Shown here: positions 38,213 to 50,549 of the stretch, piece after piece
How the letters are laid out: every line of letters begins with the position of its first letter
Position numbering within the stretch: the first letter of the stretch is position 1
Assembly (NCBI RefSeq): GCF_004010195.1
Contig: NC_057718.1
Coordinates: 90,568,376 to 90,632,375, forward strand
Direction of reading: 5' to 3'
Length of the DNA: 64,000 nt
Source of the DNA: Chiloscyllium plagiosum
Lineage: Eukaryota
The notes under the pieces: generated by a model
What the model saw: the letters and a program-made list of their open reading frames with translations, nothing else
Database searches by the model: none
What the model was told of the DNA's origin: nothing
Made by a program: the position numbers and the translations under genes

Positions 38213-38355
38213 TTCATAGAATCATAGAATCCCTACAGTGTGGAAACAGGCCATTCGGCCCAACAAGTCCACACCAACCCTCCGAAGAGTATCCCTCCAG
38301 ATCTATTCCCCTACCCTATTACTCTATATTTCCCGTGACTAATCCACCTAACCTT
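38213..38355 (-). mobile_element. HE1-type SINE 3' part
   Basis: catagaatcatagaatccctacagtgtggaaacagg tail. Confidence 0.88.
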
Positions 38356-38436
38356 CTCTCAGGTATTCACCATGGTGGGGGTGGCGATGTTAAATTGTGT
38401 ATCTCTGAAGGAGGGATTCTGTTCAGATTGTCTAAG

Positions 38437-39410
38437 GGTCATGCAGCATGACTAAGCTCTTCAGTCACACTCATCCACGCTGGCCAGATATCCTAACCTA
38501 ATCTAGTCCCATCTGCCAGCATTTGGCCCATACCCCTGTAAACCCTTCCTACTCATATACCCATCCAGATGCCTTTTCAATGTTGTAATTATACCAGCCT
38601 CCACCAACTCCTCTGGCAGCTCCACACACTCTGCGTGAAATGGCTACCACTCAGGTCCCTTTCAAATCTTTTCCCCCTCTCACCTTAAACCTACGCCCTC
38701 TAGTTTTAGACTCGCCCACCCTAGCAAAAAAAGCTTTGGCTATTTACCTTATCCATGCCTCTCATGATCTTATAAACTTCCATAAAGATCAGCCCTCAGC
38801 CCCTGACAGTCCTGTTCATTCGCGAGTGATCGCCAATGTGCTGGGTGCACTGCTTTTCTTCATTTATATAAATGATTTGGATGTCAATATAAGGAGGTAT
38901 GGCTAGTAAGTTTGCAGATGACACTAAAATAGGTAATGTAGTGGAGAAGACTATCTCAAGAGTACAACGGGACTTTGATCAGATGGGCCAATGGGCTGAG
39001 AAGTGGCAGATGGAGTTTAATTCAGATAAATGTGAAGCTTTGAATTTTGGAAAGACAAACCAGGTCAAGACTAACAATTAATGATAGGACCCTGAATAGT
39101 GTTGCCGAATAGAGACCAAAGGATGCAGTTGCATAGTTCGTTGGCGTGGGTAGTCAGGGTGGTGAAGAAGGAATTTGGCACACTTGCCTTTAATGGCCAT
39201 AACATTGGACATAGGAGTTGGGACGTCATGATGCGACTGTACAGCCCATCAATGGGGCCACGTTTAGAATACTGTGTTCAATTCCTGTCACCCTTCTCTT
39301 GGAAAGTTATTGTTAAACTTGGGAGGATGCAGAAAAGATTTACAAGGGTGTTATTAAGGTTTGGAGTGTTTGAGCTATGGAGAGAGGCTGAATAGGGCTG
39401 GGGCTGTTTT
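38437..39410. mobile_element. CR1-type LINE with inverted 5' segment (3' end minus 38437-38811; RT segment plus ~38835-39410)
   Basis: Plus segment IYINDLD..KFADDTK..LEYCVQF ends at ggctgtttt, exactly where the minus segment picks up in CR1 order. Confidence 0.85.
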
Positions 39411-39981
39411 AACCATCATACAATCATATCCAAATCGATTACATAAATGAAGAAAAGCAGTGTGTCCAGCACATTGGCAATGAATTGGTGACGAGCAGGA
39501 TTGTCCACTCAGGATGTGTGTGTCGCCGATCATGAGTTCTGTGAGGCTGATGATCCGGATCTGAGAGCCACATCTCTGACCTCAGATTGGTCAGGTGTTT
39601 CCGGGAGGCGGGCCTTGAGATCATTGGAATTCCTTTCTCCGTACTTTTCCATACCTCCTTTTGCCGCTGGGTGTTCTCGAAGAATTGTGTCCCTTCATAC
39701 AGGAGGGTCCCCCGTGCAAGTTTAAGCTGAGCAAGAGTCTCCTACATGTTGACATCTATGCTGCATTTCTTCGGGGGAATCTTTCAAACACTTCCCTTTG
39801 ACCTCCTCATGTTCTTCCTTGAGCTGGACAAAGAAGAACAGCTTTGATAGTTGGAAATCTGACATCCTAAGAGCGTTGTCAGTCCAGCGGAGTTGGTTTC
39901 AGAAGATCATGGCATCATTGCTGGTGATATTGGCTGCTTCAGGACATGCTTGACCTCCTGGCCAGTGCAGAGAATCCATCT

Positions 39982-40205
39982 TAGTGTCATAGAGTCATAG
40001 AGATGTCCAGTATGGAAACAGACCCTTCGGTTCAACCCGTCCACATATTCCAACCCAATCTAGTCCCACCTGCCTGCACTCGGCCTATATCCCTCCAAAC
40101 CATTCTTATTCATATACTATCCAAATGCCTCTTAAATGTTGTAATTGTGCCAGCCTCCACCACTCCCTCTGGCAGCTCATTCCATACACGCACCACCCTC
40201 TGAGT
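39982..40205 (-). mobile_element. CR1-type LINE 3' end
   Basis: tcatagagtcatagag tail and 3' UTR. Confidence 0.9.
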
Positions 40206-40339
40206 GATTTTTCCTAGATGCATTCCGATGTCCAGAGATACATGAGCTCAAACAGTGAAGGCAGTAACTGTGTAGATTTGTTGCTGTGTCAGTTAGCACT
40301 GTAAGTTTCTTTCTCTCTCTCCCTCACTGACCATGTGTT

Positions 40340-40940
40340 CTAGAGTCATATAGCACGGAAACAGACCCTTCGGCCCAACCAGTCCATGCTGAACGTAATC
40401 TCAACCTAAACTAGTCCCACTCACCTGCACCTGGCCCGTATCCCTCCAAACCTTTCCTATTCATGTACTTATCCAAATGTCTTTTATACATTGTAATTGT
40501 TTGAGAGAAAGTGAGGGCTGCAGATGCTGGAGATCAGAGCTGAAAATGTGTTGCTGGAAAAGCGCAGCAGGTCAGGCAGCATCCAAGGAACAGGAGAATC
40601 GACGTTTCGGGCATAAGCCCTTCTTTGGATGGGCTTATGTTCCTGTTCCTTGGATGCTACCTGACCTGCTGCACTTTTCCAGCAACACATTTTCAGCTAC
40701 ATTGTAATTGTGCCCAGATCCACCACATCCTCTGGCAGCTCATTCCATACACGTACCACCCTCTGTGTGAAAAAGTTGCCCCTTAGGTCTCTTTTATATC
40801 TTTCCCCTCTCACCCTAAACCTATGCCCTCTAGTTCTGGACTCCCCGACCCCCAGGGACTAGACTTTGCCTATTTATCCTATCCATGCTCCTCATAATTT
40901 TGTAAACCTCTATAAGGTCACCCCTCAGCCTCCAATGCTT
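40340..40940 (-). mobile_element. CR1-type LINE 3' end interrupted by a PLE inverted pair
   Basis: CR1 3' sequence on both sides of 40501-40697. Confidence 0.9.
40501..40697. mobile_element. PLE-derived inverted pair (family A)
   Basis: Inverted arms; perfect 14-bp TSD tacattgtaattgt at 40487-40500 and 40698-40711. Confidence 0.9.
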
Positions 40941-41940
40941 CTTGAGTAACTTGAGGTGTCATCCAGGTTTGGGAGGGAATATAGAAGGGTTGTTAGGGAT
41001 GCTGCATTATAAACAAGGATCTTGGTATCAACGCACATACCGTGGACATCAAGGACTCTCATCCTTAGGTGTCTCTTATTCCTGCTATACCTGAAGCAGG
41101 AGAAAGACTCAATGCCACACGTTTCATCCTGCAGTCCCAACACCTCTGTTCTTGCTGAGCATGGAGTAGGGGAACAGTGAGGGTTTCAGTGGAGAATGTA
41201 AGGACAGTGCCAGAAGCATGGAGGGGACAGAGTTAAATAGATCTTCACTCATAGCGCACAAAAGCAAGAACAATTCCCACCAACACAGAGGCATGTAACT
41301 GGGGCACTGCACTGATGTAGCTGCCTGTACAGGGGTTAGGCTCTTCAGGATCACTGCCAAGCGTTGCTATGAGAACTCATTTATAATGTGCAGCCAGAGT
41401 TGAATTGATGAGAGGATTGAAGTGATTGGAAATCCCATTTGGCAAAGATCAAATTGCTGAGACTAGGAAAAATGCTGAAACCCTAAGCTCGGGAAAGTTG
41501 GCATCAGTACATGGTGCACTGACTTTGTCCCTTGACCATTTTAAAGTGAAGCAGAGCAAATATGCAGAGGAGGAGATTTAAAAATAACAAGCAAGATCCC
41601 TTTAGTACTGTGAATTCTGAGGTCATGACTCAATCTAGTTAAGGGGCTGCACGAAATATGCCTTCACTAGCTAATTAGCTCAGTTGGTCAGACAGCTGGT
41701 TTGTCATGCAGTGTGATGCCATCAGTGCGGGTTCAATTCTGGTATTCGCTGAGGTCACTGTAAAAGTCATGTCTCAGGTGAGATTAACCCTCGGGTTTCA
41801 ATTTAACACCAGCTACTGAGAGAACAGTCTTCTAGGACTATTGTGACTTTTACCTTAAATGTCAACTCCTGGTGCCCAGCATTGTGACATACTTGTGCCA
41901 ATGGAAGGGCTACATCTAGTGGTCCTCAGTGAACCTCCCA

Positions 41941-42260
41941 GATCATAGAATCATAGAATCCCTACAGTGTGGAAACAGGCCATTTGGCCCAACGTCCACT
42001 CTGACCCTCTGAAAAGTATTCCACCCAGACCCACTCCCCCACACTATTACTCTACATTTTCCCTGGCTAATGCACCTAAGCTACACATCCCTGGATACTA
42101 TGGGCAATTTAGCATGGCCAATCCACCCTAAGCTGCACTCTTTGACTCTAGGAGGAAACCAGCGCAGGCATGGGGAGAATGTGCAAACTCCATACAGACA
42201 GTCACCCAAGGCCTGGCGCTGTGAGGCAGCAATACTAACCACTGAGCCACCTTGCCACCC
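41941..42260 (-). mobile_element. HE1-type SINE
   Basis: Tail, body and head present. Confidence 0.9.
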
Positions 42261-43397
42261 TAGAATGTTCGGGAAAGATCCTGTGAATTTTTCTTGATGG
42301 TTTTCTCTGCGTGATTTCAGCACATGACTCTTCAGGGGCAATTTCTCCACACCCTCCTGTCCCCTGACTTCATGATGCTGCCCTCTTGTGGCGTTGCTGT
42401 GTAATGAAAGACATTTGCCCATTGATCCACATTCTTGTGCATTGGGTGGGAGGTGAAGTGACTGGGAAACAACACTGTGGCACAGGCAGGAGCTAAGCTT
42501 CTGCTACAACTACAAGAGATCAATGCTGAAAGGTTTGTGACAGATGGTCAAAGTGACACCCCTCTGCAGGCAAGATCAACCCCCTGAAACCACCCGCCAC
42601 CCCCTCACCCCCACTAATAGTAGGAGGCAGAATGGCCTCAATGGATGAGAGGACATTTTAGACTGATCCGACCTCAATTCACCATCGAAATAACATAGTC
42701 TCCCTGTTACTGGGCTCCATTATAAACACCGTCTGAAACATTGGAAAACAAATCACTTTTCAGCCATTAAAAACTAAAATGCAACCTTGCAGCATTTATC
42801 TGCAGGTGTTGCTCAAAATAAGAAGCATTTTGATTGAAGAAAGGCTGCCTTCTTTTAAAAAAGACATAAAGATTATAATTGTGGGCCAAGTCAATATTGA
42901 GGGATGCCATTGAGCCCCACTATTGTTGACATAGCTTGGCTGATGGAAACTGCATTGGTCGCAGAGCAGTGTCCAGGGAAAGAGTCCGATGCGGAATCTG
43001 TTTTAAAAATCTCCTCAACGGCACATTTGTTCTGCTTCACTTTTAAAAGGTCAGGGCAGCCTCTACTGATGCCAATGTTCCCAAGCACATGGACGAGGTG
43101 GGATTTCAGTTTGTGCCGTTTTTCTTGCCTCAGCAAGTTGACCTTTGCCAAATGGGATTTCCAATCCCTTCAGTCCTCTCATCAATCCAACCCTGGCATC
43201 GTATTAGATGCAAGTTCCCATAGCAACACTTGGCCCAAAAACCCAGCTCCTGGTTATGGGTTGAACTTATCCCCCATTTATTATTTTAGTTGGATCCTTA
43301 GCGAAGTGTAACACTGACTAAAATGTCACAGAGTTCTCGGAGCTCAGCTTTCAAATTAAGACGAAAGAGAAACAGTGCAGATTTATTTGCTTCATTC

Positions 43398-43700
43398 ATA
43401 GATTAGAATCCCTACAGTGTGGAAACAGGCCCTTCGGCCCAATAAGTCCACACCGACCCTCCGAAGAGTAACCCACCCAGACCCATTCCCCTACATTTAC
43501 CCCTAACTGACACATCGCTGAAAACTATGGGCAATTTAGCTTGGCCAATTCACCTAACCTGCACATCTTTGGATTGTGGGAGGAAACCCACACAGACACA
43601 GGGTGAATATGCAAACTCCACACAGTCACCCGAGGCTGGAATCGAACCCAGGTCCCTGACGCTGTGAGGCAGCAGTGCTAACCACTGAGCCACCGTGCTG
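43398..43700 (-). mobile_element. HE1-type SINE
   Basis: Well-preserved full-length copy. Confidence 0.93.
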
Positions 43701-43837
43701 CTCTTAACTAGTTTCTAATCAACCTGTGCAGAAAATTTACTACCAACCTCTGGAGCAGATGGGACTTGAACCCTGGTCTTCTGGTTGGTAGGTAAGGAAA
43801 CTACCACCCCACCACAAGAGCCACCTACTTGTCCAAC

Positions 43838-44025
43838 GCCTAGTGAAGTAGTTGAGGCTTCCTCATTGAATGCTTTTAAAGCTAAGATAGTTTTTTTTGA
43901 ACAGTAAAGGAATTAAGGGTTACAGTGAGAGGGTGGGTAAGTGGAGCTGAGTCCATGAAAAGATCAGCCATGATCTCGTTGAACAGTGGAGGAGGCTTAA
44001 AGGGCCAGATGGCCTACTCATGTTC
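43838..44025 (+). mobile_element. CR1-type LINE 3' end
   Basis: Matches 29305-29490. Confidence 0.82.
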
Positions 44026-44717
44026 AATCTCAGTAACATCTTTTCCCAAATTCACAGGAATTGGATATCAACAAGGTTCCTTGCAAGCATTCACTGATCC
44101 TGAATTAAAGGACAGAATGGTGTGGGTTTGTAGATGGTTAGTGGGGCCCATCAGTTCCTGTGAATGTCCTTCCCATCTGCCCCTTACCAGCCCTTGATGT
44201 GTCTTGGGACCAGGGAGTCAATAGACACATTGTTTCCCAAGATGCTTCAGGCTTTGCCTCCCAACTGGGTACCAGAGGGACTGACACCGACACGGAATAA
44301 TGTTTTATAAGTTCCCTTTGGGCTTTAATTTAATTTGGAGTTTATTGTTTGGGGCCTTCTGAAAGGGCACATTTTCCTGCTTTTGATTGATGACCATGTC
44401 AACCAAATTGGCAGCAAAACAATGTAGAATCTCATTTAAATATTGCCCGGGTAATGTGGAGACAAGAAAGCCAGGCTGGGAACATTACAATCTGTCTGAC
44501 GTTCATGTCACTGAATGTAAGTAAAGGGCGATCAGCAAACTGGGTTCTCCTCTGTATTTTGCTCTGACAGGACTTAAAACCCAGTCAGCGCAATGAAAGC
44601 CTTGCTCATTGTCATCCTGGGGAGCTTGTAGACTTTGATTCTCACTTTATTTTTCTTTGATGAACGAAAGCTGAGAGTGCACACGCTGGTGTAGCAGGAA
44701 GTGAAAAAGGCAAAACT

Positions 44718-45320
44718 GAGAGGATTTGAGTACAGGGCCAAGGATGTCTTGCCGCAGATGTACAGGGCCTGAGTGAGACCTCACCTGAAGTGCTGGGTGC
44801 AGTTTTGGACTCCTCATCTAAGGCAGGAAGTTCTGGTGATGTGCAGCAAAGATTTGCCAGCCTGATTCCTGGGATGGCAGGATTGATGCGCGAGGAGAGA
44901 CTGCTTGGATCAGGACAGTATTCGCTGGAGTTGAGGAGCGTGAGGGAGGAGTCTCACAGAAATCGCGGCATTCTCACAGGACCAGACTAGGTCAATACAA
45001 GAAGGATGTTCCCAATGACCAGGGAGTCTAGAATCAGGGGTCACCATCTGAAGATACAGGGTAGCTCACTTATGACTGAAATGAAGAGACATATCTTCCC
45101 TCAGAGACTGGTGAGGAATTCTCTGGTGCAGGAAGTGTTTGAGGCCAAAATATTGAATGTTTCCTAGAAGGCATTGCATACAGCTCCTAGGGATAAAGGT
45201 TATGGGGAGAGAGCAGCAACAGATTGCTAAGTTGGATGATCAGCCACGATCTGAGTGAATTTGGGAGCCGTTTCGAAGGGCCAAAAGGATTACTTTAGCT
45301 CCCTGTGTTTCTATGTATGT
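44718..45320 (+). mobile_element. CR1-type LINE 3' fragment (older)
   Basis: gtgagacctcacctg..gtgcagttttgg (VRPHL..VQFW); aatcaggggtcac. Confidence 0.8.
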
Positions 45321-45382
45321 GGGATCATCACCGTGGGATTTTAGAAGGGGAGGAATTTAGAGTTGGGTAAAGTCAGGGAGTA

Positions 45383-45559
45383 CAGAGGAAGCTCAGTTAT
45401 CCGAATGGCACAGACAGGGAGTATTTTGTTTGGATAATCGAATGTTCGGATAAGCGAATGCCAGATAACACAGTTTAGCCAAGCATTGGGACCTTGCGAT
45501 CTTGTCCGGGCAATCCAAAATTCAGATAACTGGAGTTTGGATAAAAAAAGGTTCCTCTG
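45383..45559. mobile_element. pogo/Tigger-like MITE
   Basis: TIRs cagaggaagctc..ttatccgaa / ttggataa..ggttcctctg, left TA, internal ggataa repeats; related to 50239-52080. Confidence 0.75.
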
Positions 45560-45980
45560 CATTGCTGGGATAAAGGACTGAATTGAATAGAACCGCGTTT
45601 GTTGAGAAGGATATGATTGTTTTAAAGAAGATTTTACAGTCCCTCCACGGAATGTGTGACAGACTAATCACTTTAAATTCAGTAAATGAGAGAACAATCT
45701 CTTGGCTTCAGGGAATTGCCTTCACTAAATAATAATGCAACAGGGAAAAGACTTGCATTTCTACAGCACCTTGTATGATCCCCAGACCTCAAAGTGTTTT
45801 AGCATCAATGAAACATTTGAGGAGTCAGTTGTAGTGTAGGAAATGTAACAACCAATTTACACACAAAAAGCTCCTGTAAGCAGCAATGTTTCTGTTGATA
45901 TGGGATACCCATTAGCAGGGACACTTCTTTGAAATAGTAACCCGAGAGATTTAGTATCCACCTCAGCAGTGTTCATCTTA

Positions 45981-46305
45981 ATCATAGAATCCCTGTAGTG
46001 TGAAATCAGGCCACGGAGTCCACATCAACCCTCCAAAGAGCATCCCACTCACCTCCTCATCCCCTATATCCCTACATTTCCTATGGCTAATCCACATAGC
46101 CTACCTACACATCCTTGGACACTATGGGCAATTTCGCATGGCCAATCCACCCTAACCTGCGCATCTTTGGATTGTGGGAGGAAACCGGAGCACCAGGAGT
46201 GCATCCATGCAGACTTGGGGGAGAATGTGCAAACCCCACACAGTCACCCAAAGGTGGAATCGAACCCAGGACTCCCGCACTGTGAGGCAGCAGTGCTAAC
46301 CACTC
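45981..46305 (-). mobile_element. HE1-type SINE
   Basis: Tail, body and head present. Confidence 0.88.
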
Positions 46306-46439
46306 AAGCGTTCAGTCACATACGAAAGATGACAGCGACCTACAGTGCAACCTACACCCTGGTCTAATCTTTTGAGTTCAATTTCTGGAGTGAGATTCAG
46401 ACTCCGAACCTTGTGACTCAAGAAGCCAGAGCAGTGCAT

Positions 46440-47430
46440 TGCAAAATAACCTCGTGAGCAAGCGAATTGTGACTCCTTCTCGCAGTGTGCTCGGTCTGGC
46501 GATGATTTCTATCGAGTGATTTGCTTTCACACTGTGTGCTGATCGTTTCATTTTCCAACCACTGAAGTGGATTCAATCAGCCACAATTGTTCACTGAGCA
46601 ATTAGCTGCTGCTTTCCAGTTCTCTTTGCTTTCCATCGGCAAGCTTTTCGAATCGTTTTGTTTACCCTGGCTACACTCGAGGTGTGACGTTCACTTTATT
46701 GCCGGAATGATGTGAGAGAGATCGAGTCGGACTGGACTGAGGGAAAGCAGGACGGAGCTGCACCGTGTCGTGATGTTCGACATCACTGAGGTGTAAAGTT
46801 GCCAAAAATCGTTAAAATCACTTGGGCCAGAGCCATGGCTCCCGGTGCTCCTGATAATATCTCCGCCGTCACGGTTGTCATAGCAACAGCTGTCAGATGG
46901 CGATGGCCCCCAGCTTTCCATGATTACGTGAGTGTGTGTAAGTCTAGCCGGGGCTGCAGTCCAGTCAAGGTTTTAATATAATCTGCAGTGAGGGGATCAG
47001 CCACCCTTTTTCCTACATTTTGGACCTGCCAGAGTTCAATTGATGCTAATGGCTTGGCGCAAATCTGTGCGTTCAGGTGTGCGCCCCACTGTGCACATGA
47101 CACAACGATGTGAGGTCCATGTGAAAACACAGGCCGGATTTGATCCTGTTTGGCACCCTTCAAGACGTCTCGAAACAACCACGCGAGCAATTTGCTGTCT
47201 GTTTTTGTCAGTTTGTTTCCTGTGGTGACGTGGGGGAAAGTGTCTCCACGGAATGATGATGGAGCCTCCACGTCTCCTCACATCTTCGGGAGGCGAAGGG
47301 GAGGGGGAGGGTGGGAAGATAATTGAGCAGCTGGGAGCCACCAATGGGCAGAAGGCACAGACTAGCTGGGCTCCGAGTGAATGGGATTTGTGTTGCTGGT
47401 CGTGTTGGACTCCGGGACCTTGAATCACAA
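46440..47430. promoter_or_regulatory. CpG-retaining unique island, candidate enhancer or alternative promoter
   Basis: Many CpGs relative to the flanks; RFX X-box GTTGTCATAGCAAC at 46874-46887 abutting E-boxes CAGCTG and CAGATG. Confidence 0.45.
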
Positions 47431-47439
47431 ACGGACAAG

Positions 47440-47950
47440 GAGGAATTACATGATCAAGAACCTCAGCAATAAAAGAGCAGGAGCAGACCATTTAGTGCCT
47501 TGAGTCAGCTCCACTGTTCAATAAAGTCAACATTTGGCCGCCACCCCATTTCTCTGCCAGTTCTCCAATCCACCCTCTACTCCCCTATAACACAAACACC
47601 TGTCAAAGCCCATCTTGAATATATTAAATGGCCTCCAGTGATGACTTTGAAAGGGAATTCCAAGAATTAATGACCTCCCTGAGGAAAGAAATTCCTCCTT
47701 GGTTCCATCTTGAATGAGGCTGCTCTTATTCCCAGGCTGTACCCCTGGTGCGAGATTCACCCATAAAAGAAAAGCAGCTTCTCAGCATCTCACTTGCACT
47801 CTTAGAATCTTGCATGTTTCGTCCCTCATTCTTCTAAACTGAGCGTTAACCCAACCTGCACAGCCATCCCTCATAAGGCAACCCCTTTATCTCTGGAATG
47901 AAGCTAGTGAACCTTCTCTGATCCTCCTCTGATCCAAATAATTCCTTGTT
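47440..47950 (-). mobile_element. Old CR1-type LINE 3' fragment
   Basis: gaattccaaga..ccctgaggaaagaaattcctcc, cattcttctaaact motifs. Confidence 0.7.
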
Positions 47951-48391
47951 TAACTAAAAAGCTCAAAATTGACCACAATTCACTGGCTAGTCTTCCCATG
48001 CCTATCTTCCTATTTATCTAACCCTCCTCTCTGTCTCTCAGCTTTCTCTTGTCTAATTCTCATTATTTATTTGCCTTGACTTCCCTCCTGTTCATTTCCT
48101 CCACACTTTCTCGTGTTGCCTTTTGCCCGCACTAGCATATTTTCATTTGAACTGGTTGCTTGTCTCTCTGGCTCAGGATCACAAAGATGAGTGATACAGT
48201 GTAAGTTGGTGTAACTCATCCGCCAAGTGGAACTGGCTGGATTGTTCCATAACCAAGCTGGCATCAATTCCACGGGCCGACTGGCCACTTTCTATTCTGC
48301 AATGACTTGATGACTCAACTCGCCTCATATTTCACATGTTTACTTGTGTCAGAAATGACTTGGGTTTATCACACATGGAAGATCATGCCGA

Positions 48392-48575
48392 GTGTATGTG
48401 TGTCTGTGTATGTCTGTGTCAGTGTGCATCTGTATATGTCTGTGTGCGTGTATGTGCATAAGTCATTGTGTGTGGATGTCTGGGTGTCTGTGTCTGTGTG
48501 TGCGTGTATATGTCTGTGTGCGTGTATGTGTGTGTATATCTGGGTGTGTGGTTGTGGTTGTGTGGATGTCTGGGT
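48392..48575. repeat. TG-rich degenerate microsatellite
   Basis: Direct inspection. Confidence 0.9.
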
Positions 48576-48577
48576 GG

Positions 48578-48852
48578 GCTAGCAAGAGGGGACATAGCTT
48601 TAAATTGAGGGGTGGTAGATATAGGATAGATGTAAAAGTAGTTTCTTTACTCAGAGAATAGTAGGGGTGTGGTAGACACTGCCTGCAACATTAGTAGGCT
48701 TGCCAACTTTAAGGGCATGTAACTGGTCATTGGATAGGCATATTGACGAGAATGAAATAGTGTAGGTTAGATGTGCTTCGGGTTGGTTCAACAGTTCAGA
48801 GCAACATTGAGGGCTGAAGGGCCTGTACTGCGCTGTAATGTTCTATGTTCTT
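48578..48852 (+). mobile_element. CR1-type LINE 3' end
   Basis: SKRGHSFKLRGGRYR; tail taatgttctatgttct. Confidence 0.85.
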
Positions 48853-49319
48853 TGTTCTTTATGACTAAGGGAGCCCTAGTGAGGATCTAGTTGGGTTCAG
48901 CAGGTCTAGAGGAGAGGTGGGAGTGGATAAGAGAGCTGCTGCATGAGTGAATAGAGTAGAGGTTTGGAGAGTGAGGCTTCTGTCGGAGGAGTCAGGTGTA
49001 GCAGATGTGTCTATGTCTTGGAGAGTAGCACACTGCATGGATGAGGTTGTTGAGGCAGACTGCAACTAAAGAATTTTATACATAGAATGTTGCAAAGGGT
49101 ATATTTTGTATTTGTAACTTTTCTTGGACCTTCTCAACTCTGTGAACTTGAGGTACATTCACTCGACCTTATCTCCCTTCTCACAGCCCAGAGACTTGTT
49201 CCCAGATATTCATTCCAAGAATCCGCAAGAATCACACTGATATTTGCATGTCCAATCTCGCAGTCTCACTGCCCTGCAGGAGCATTAGACTATATATGCA
49301 TTGAACTTTTAAAAAATTA

Positions 49320-49790
49320 AGCCTGGATATTGCCCAGATCTTGCATTTGATACTGCTTCAGAATCTGAGTAATAGTGAATTCTGGTGAACACTGTGCAAT
49401 TATTGGCGACATCTTCATTTCTGACCTTATGATGGAGGGAGGGTCATTGATGAAGCAGATGAACATTGTTTGGCCTTGGATGTTATTCTGATTAACTCCT
49501 GCAGAGGTCTCCTGGTGCTGAGATGACTGACCTCCAACACCCATCTTCCTATATGTCAGGTATGACCCCAACCAGAGGAGAGTTTTCCCCCGATTCCCAC
49601 TGACTACAACTTTGCTAGGGCTCCTTGATCCCACACTCGGTCAAAGGCAGCTTGATGTCAAGAAAGTCACACTCACCTCATCTCTGGGGTTCAGTGCTTT
49701 TGTCCATATTTGGACCAAGGTTATAAAGAGGTCAACAGCTGAGTAGCCCTGGGAGAACTCAAACTGAGCGTCAGTGAGCAGGTTATTATA
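49320..49790 (-). mobile_element. Decayed CR1-group LINE RT fragment
   Basis: GNRGKTLLWLGSYLTYRKM..SAGV..FICFINDPPSIIRSE. Confidence 0.78.
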
Positions 49791-50549
49791 TTACATGAAG
49801 TTGTGAGTGCATATCAGTCCTGAAATTCTCAATAAGCAGCAACAGCTCCCCCACCCCCAATGATAATCCAGCTCTTTAACAGGATTAGCTCTGACACCTC
49901 TCATCTTCAATAATCCATTTACATTCAGCGATCCTCGATTTAATGACATTACACATCCCATATGGAAGCTGCACTTCCCATCCCCCTCTCTATTTGCTGT
50001 CTTCCTTTCCTCTCGATAGCTTGCTCTGTCCTCTCTCTCTCTCTCTGTCTCATCCCCTCACTCCTCCCTCTCTCTTTCTCTCTCTCTATCCTTCCTCCTG
50101 TCTCTCTCTCTCTTTCACATCTCACACCATCTTACAGCAGAGGAGGTCATTTTGGTCCACCATGTCTGTGCTGACTCGTTGAAAAACCTGATGAATGGCT
50201 TTTCCCTTGAATCTGCAGCATACTCCACTTTAATGATATAGGGGAACCTCGATTATCCAAACATCAATAATTCAAATTTCAGATTATCTGAACAAGATCT
50301 CAAGGTCCCGTAAAAATGCCATTAGGCAACTCAGCATTCAGTTATCAGTTAAACGGCATTATAGCATTCTGGAGGTAAGGTGCTCGCTGAGCTGGAAGGT
50401 TTGTTTTCAACCGTTTCATCACCGTACAAGGTAACATCATCAGTGAGCCTTTGGTGAAGCACTGGTAGTATGGCCTGCTTTTTATTTATGTGTTTAGGTT
50501 TCCTTGGGCTGATGATGTCATTTCCTGTGGTGATGTCATTTTTTTTAAC

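Larger units (their letters stand above)
39480..41060 (-). mobile_element. Decayed RTE-clade LINE 3' region, interrupted by CR1 and PLE insertions
   Basis: Minus-strand TKILVYNAASLTTLLY (~40980-41030), QLRW (~39885-39896) and downstream RTE-like C-terminal sequence. Confidence 0.7.

Noticed and set aside
46924..47491. ORFs of 115-151 aa in the CpG-rich island
   Set aside because: No recognisable domain or splice context; expected by chance in GC-richer DNA.
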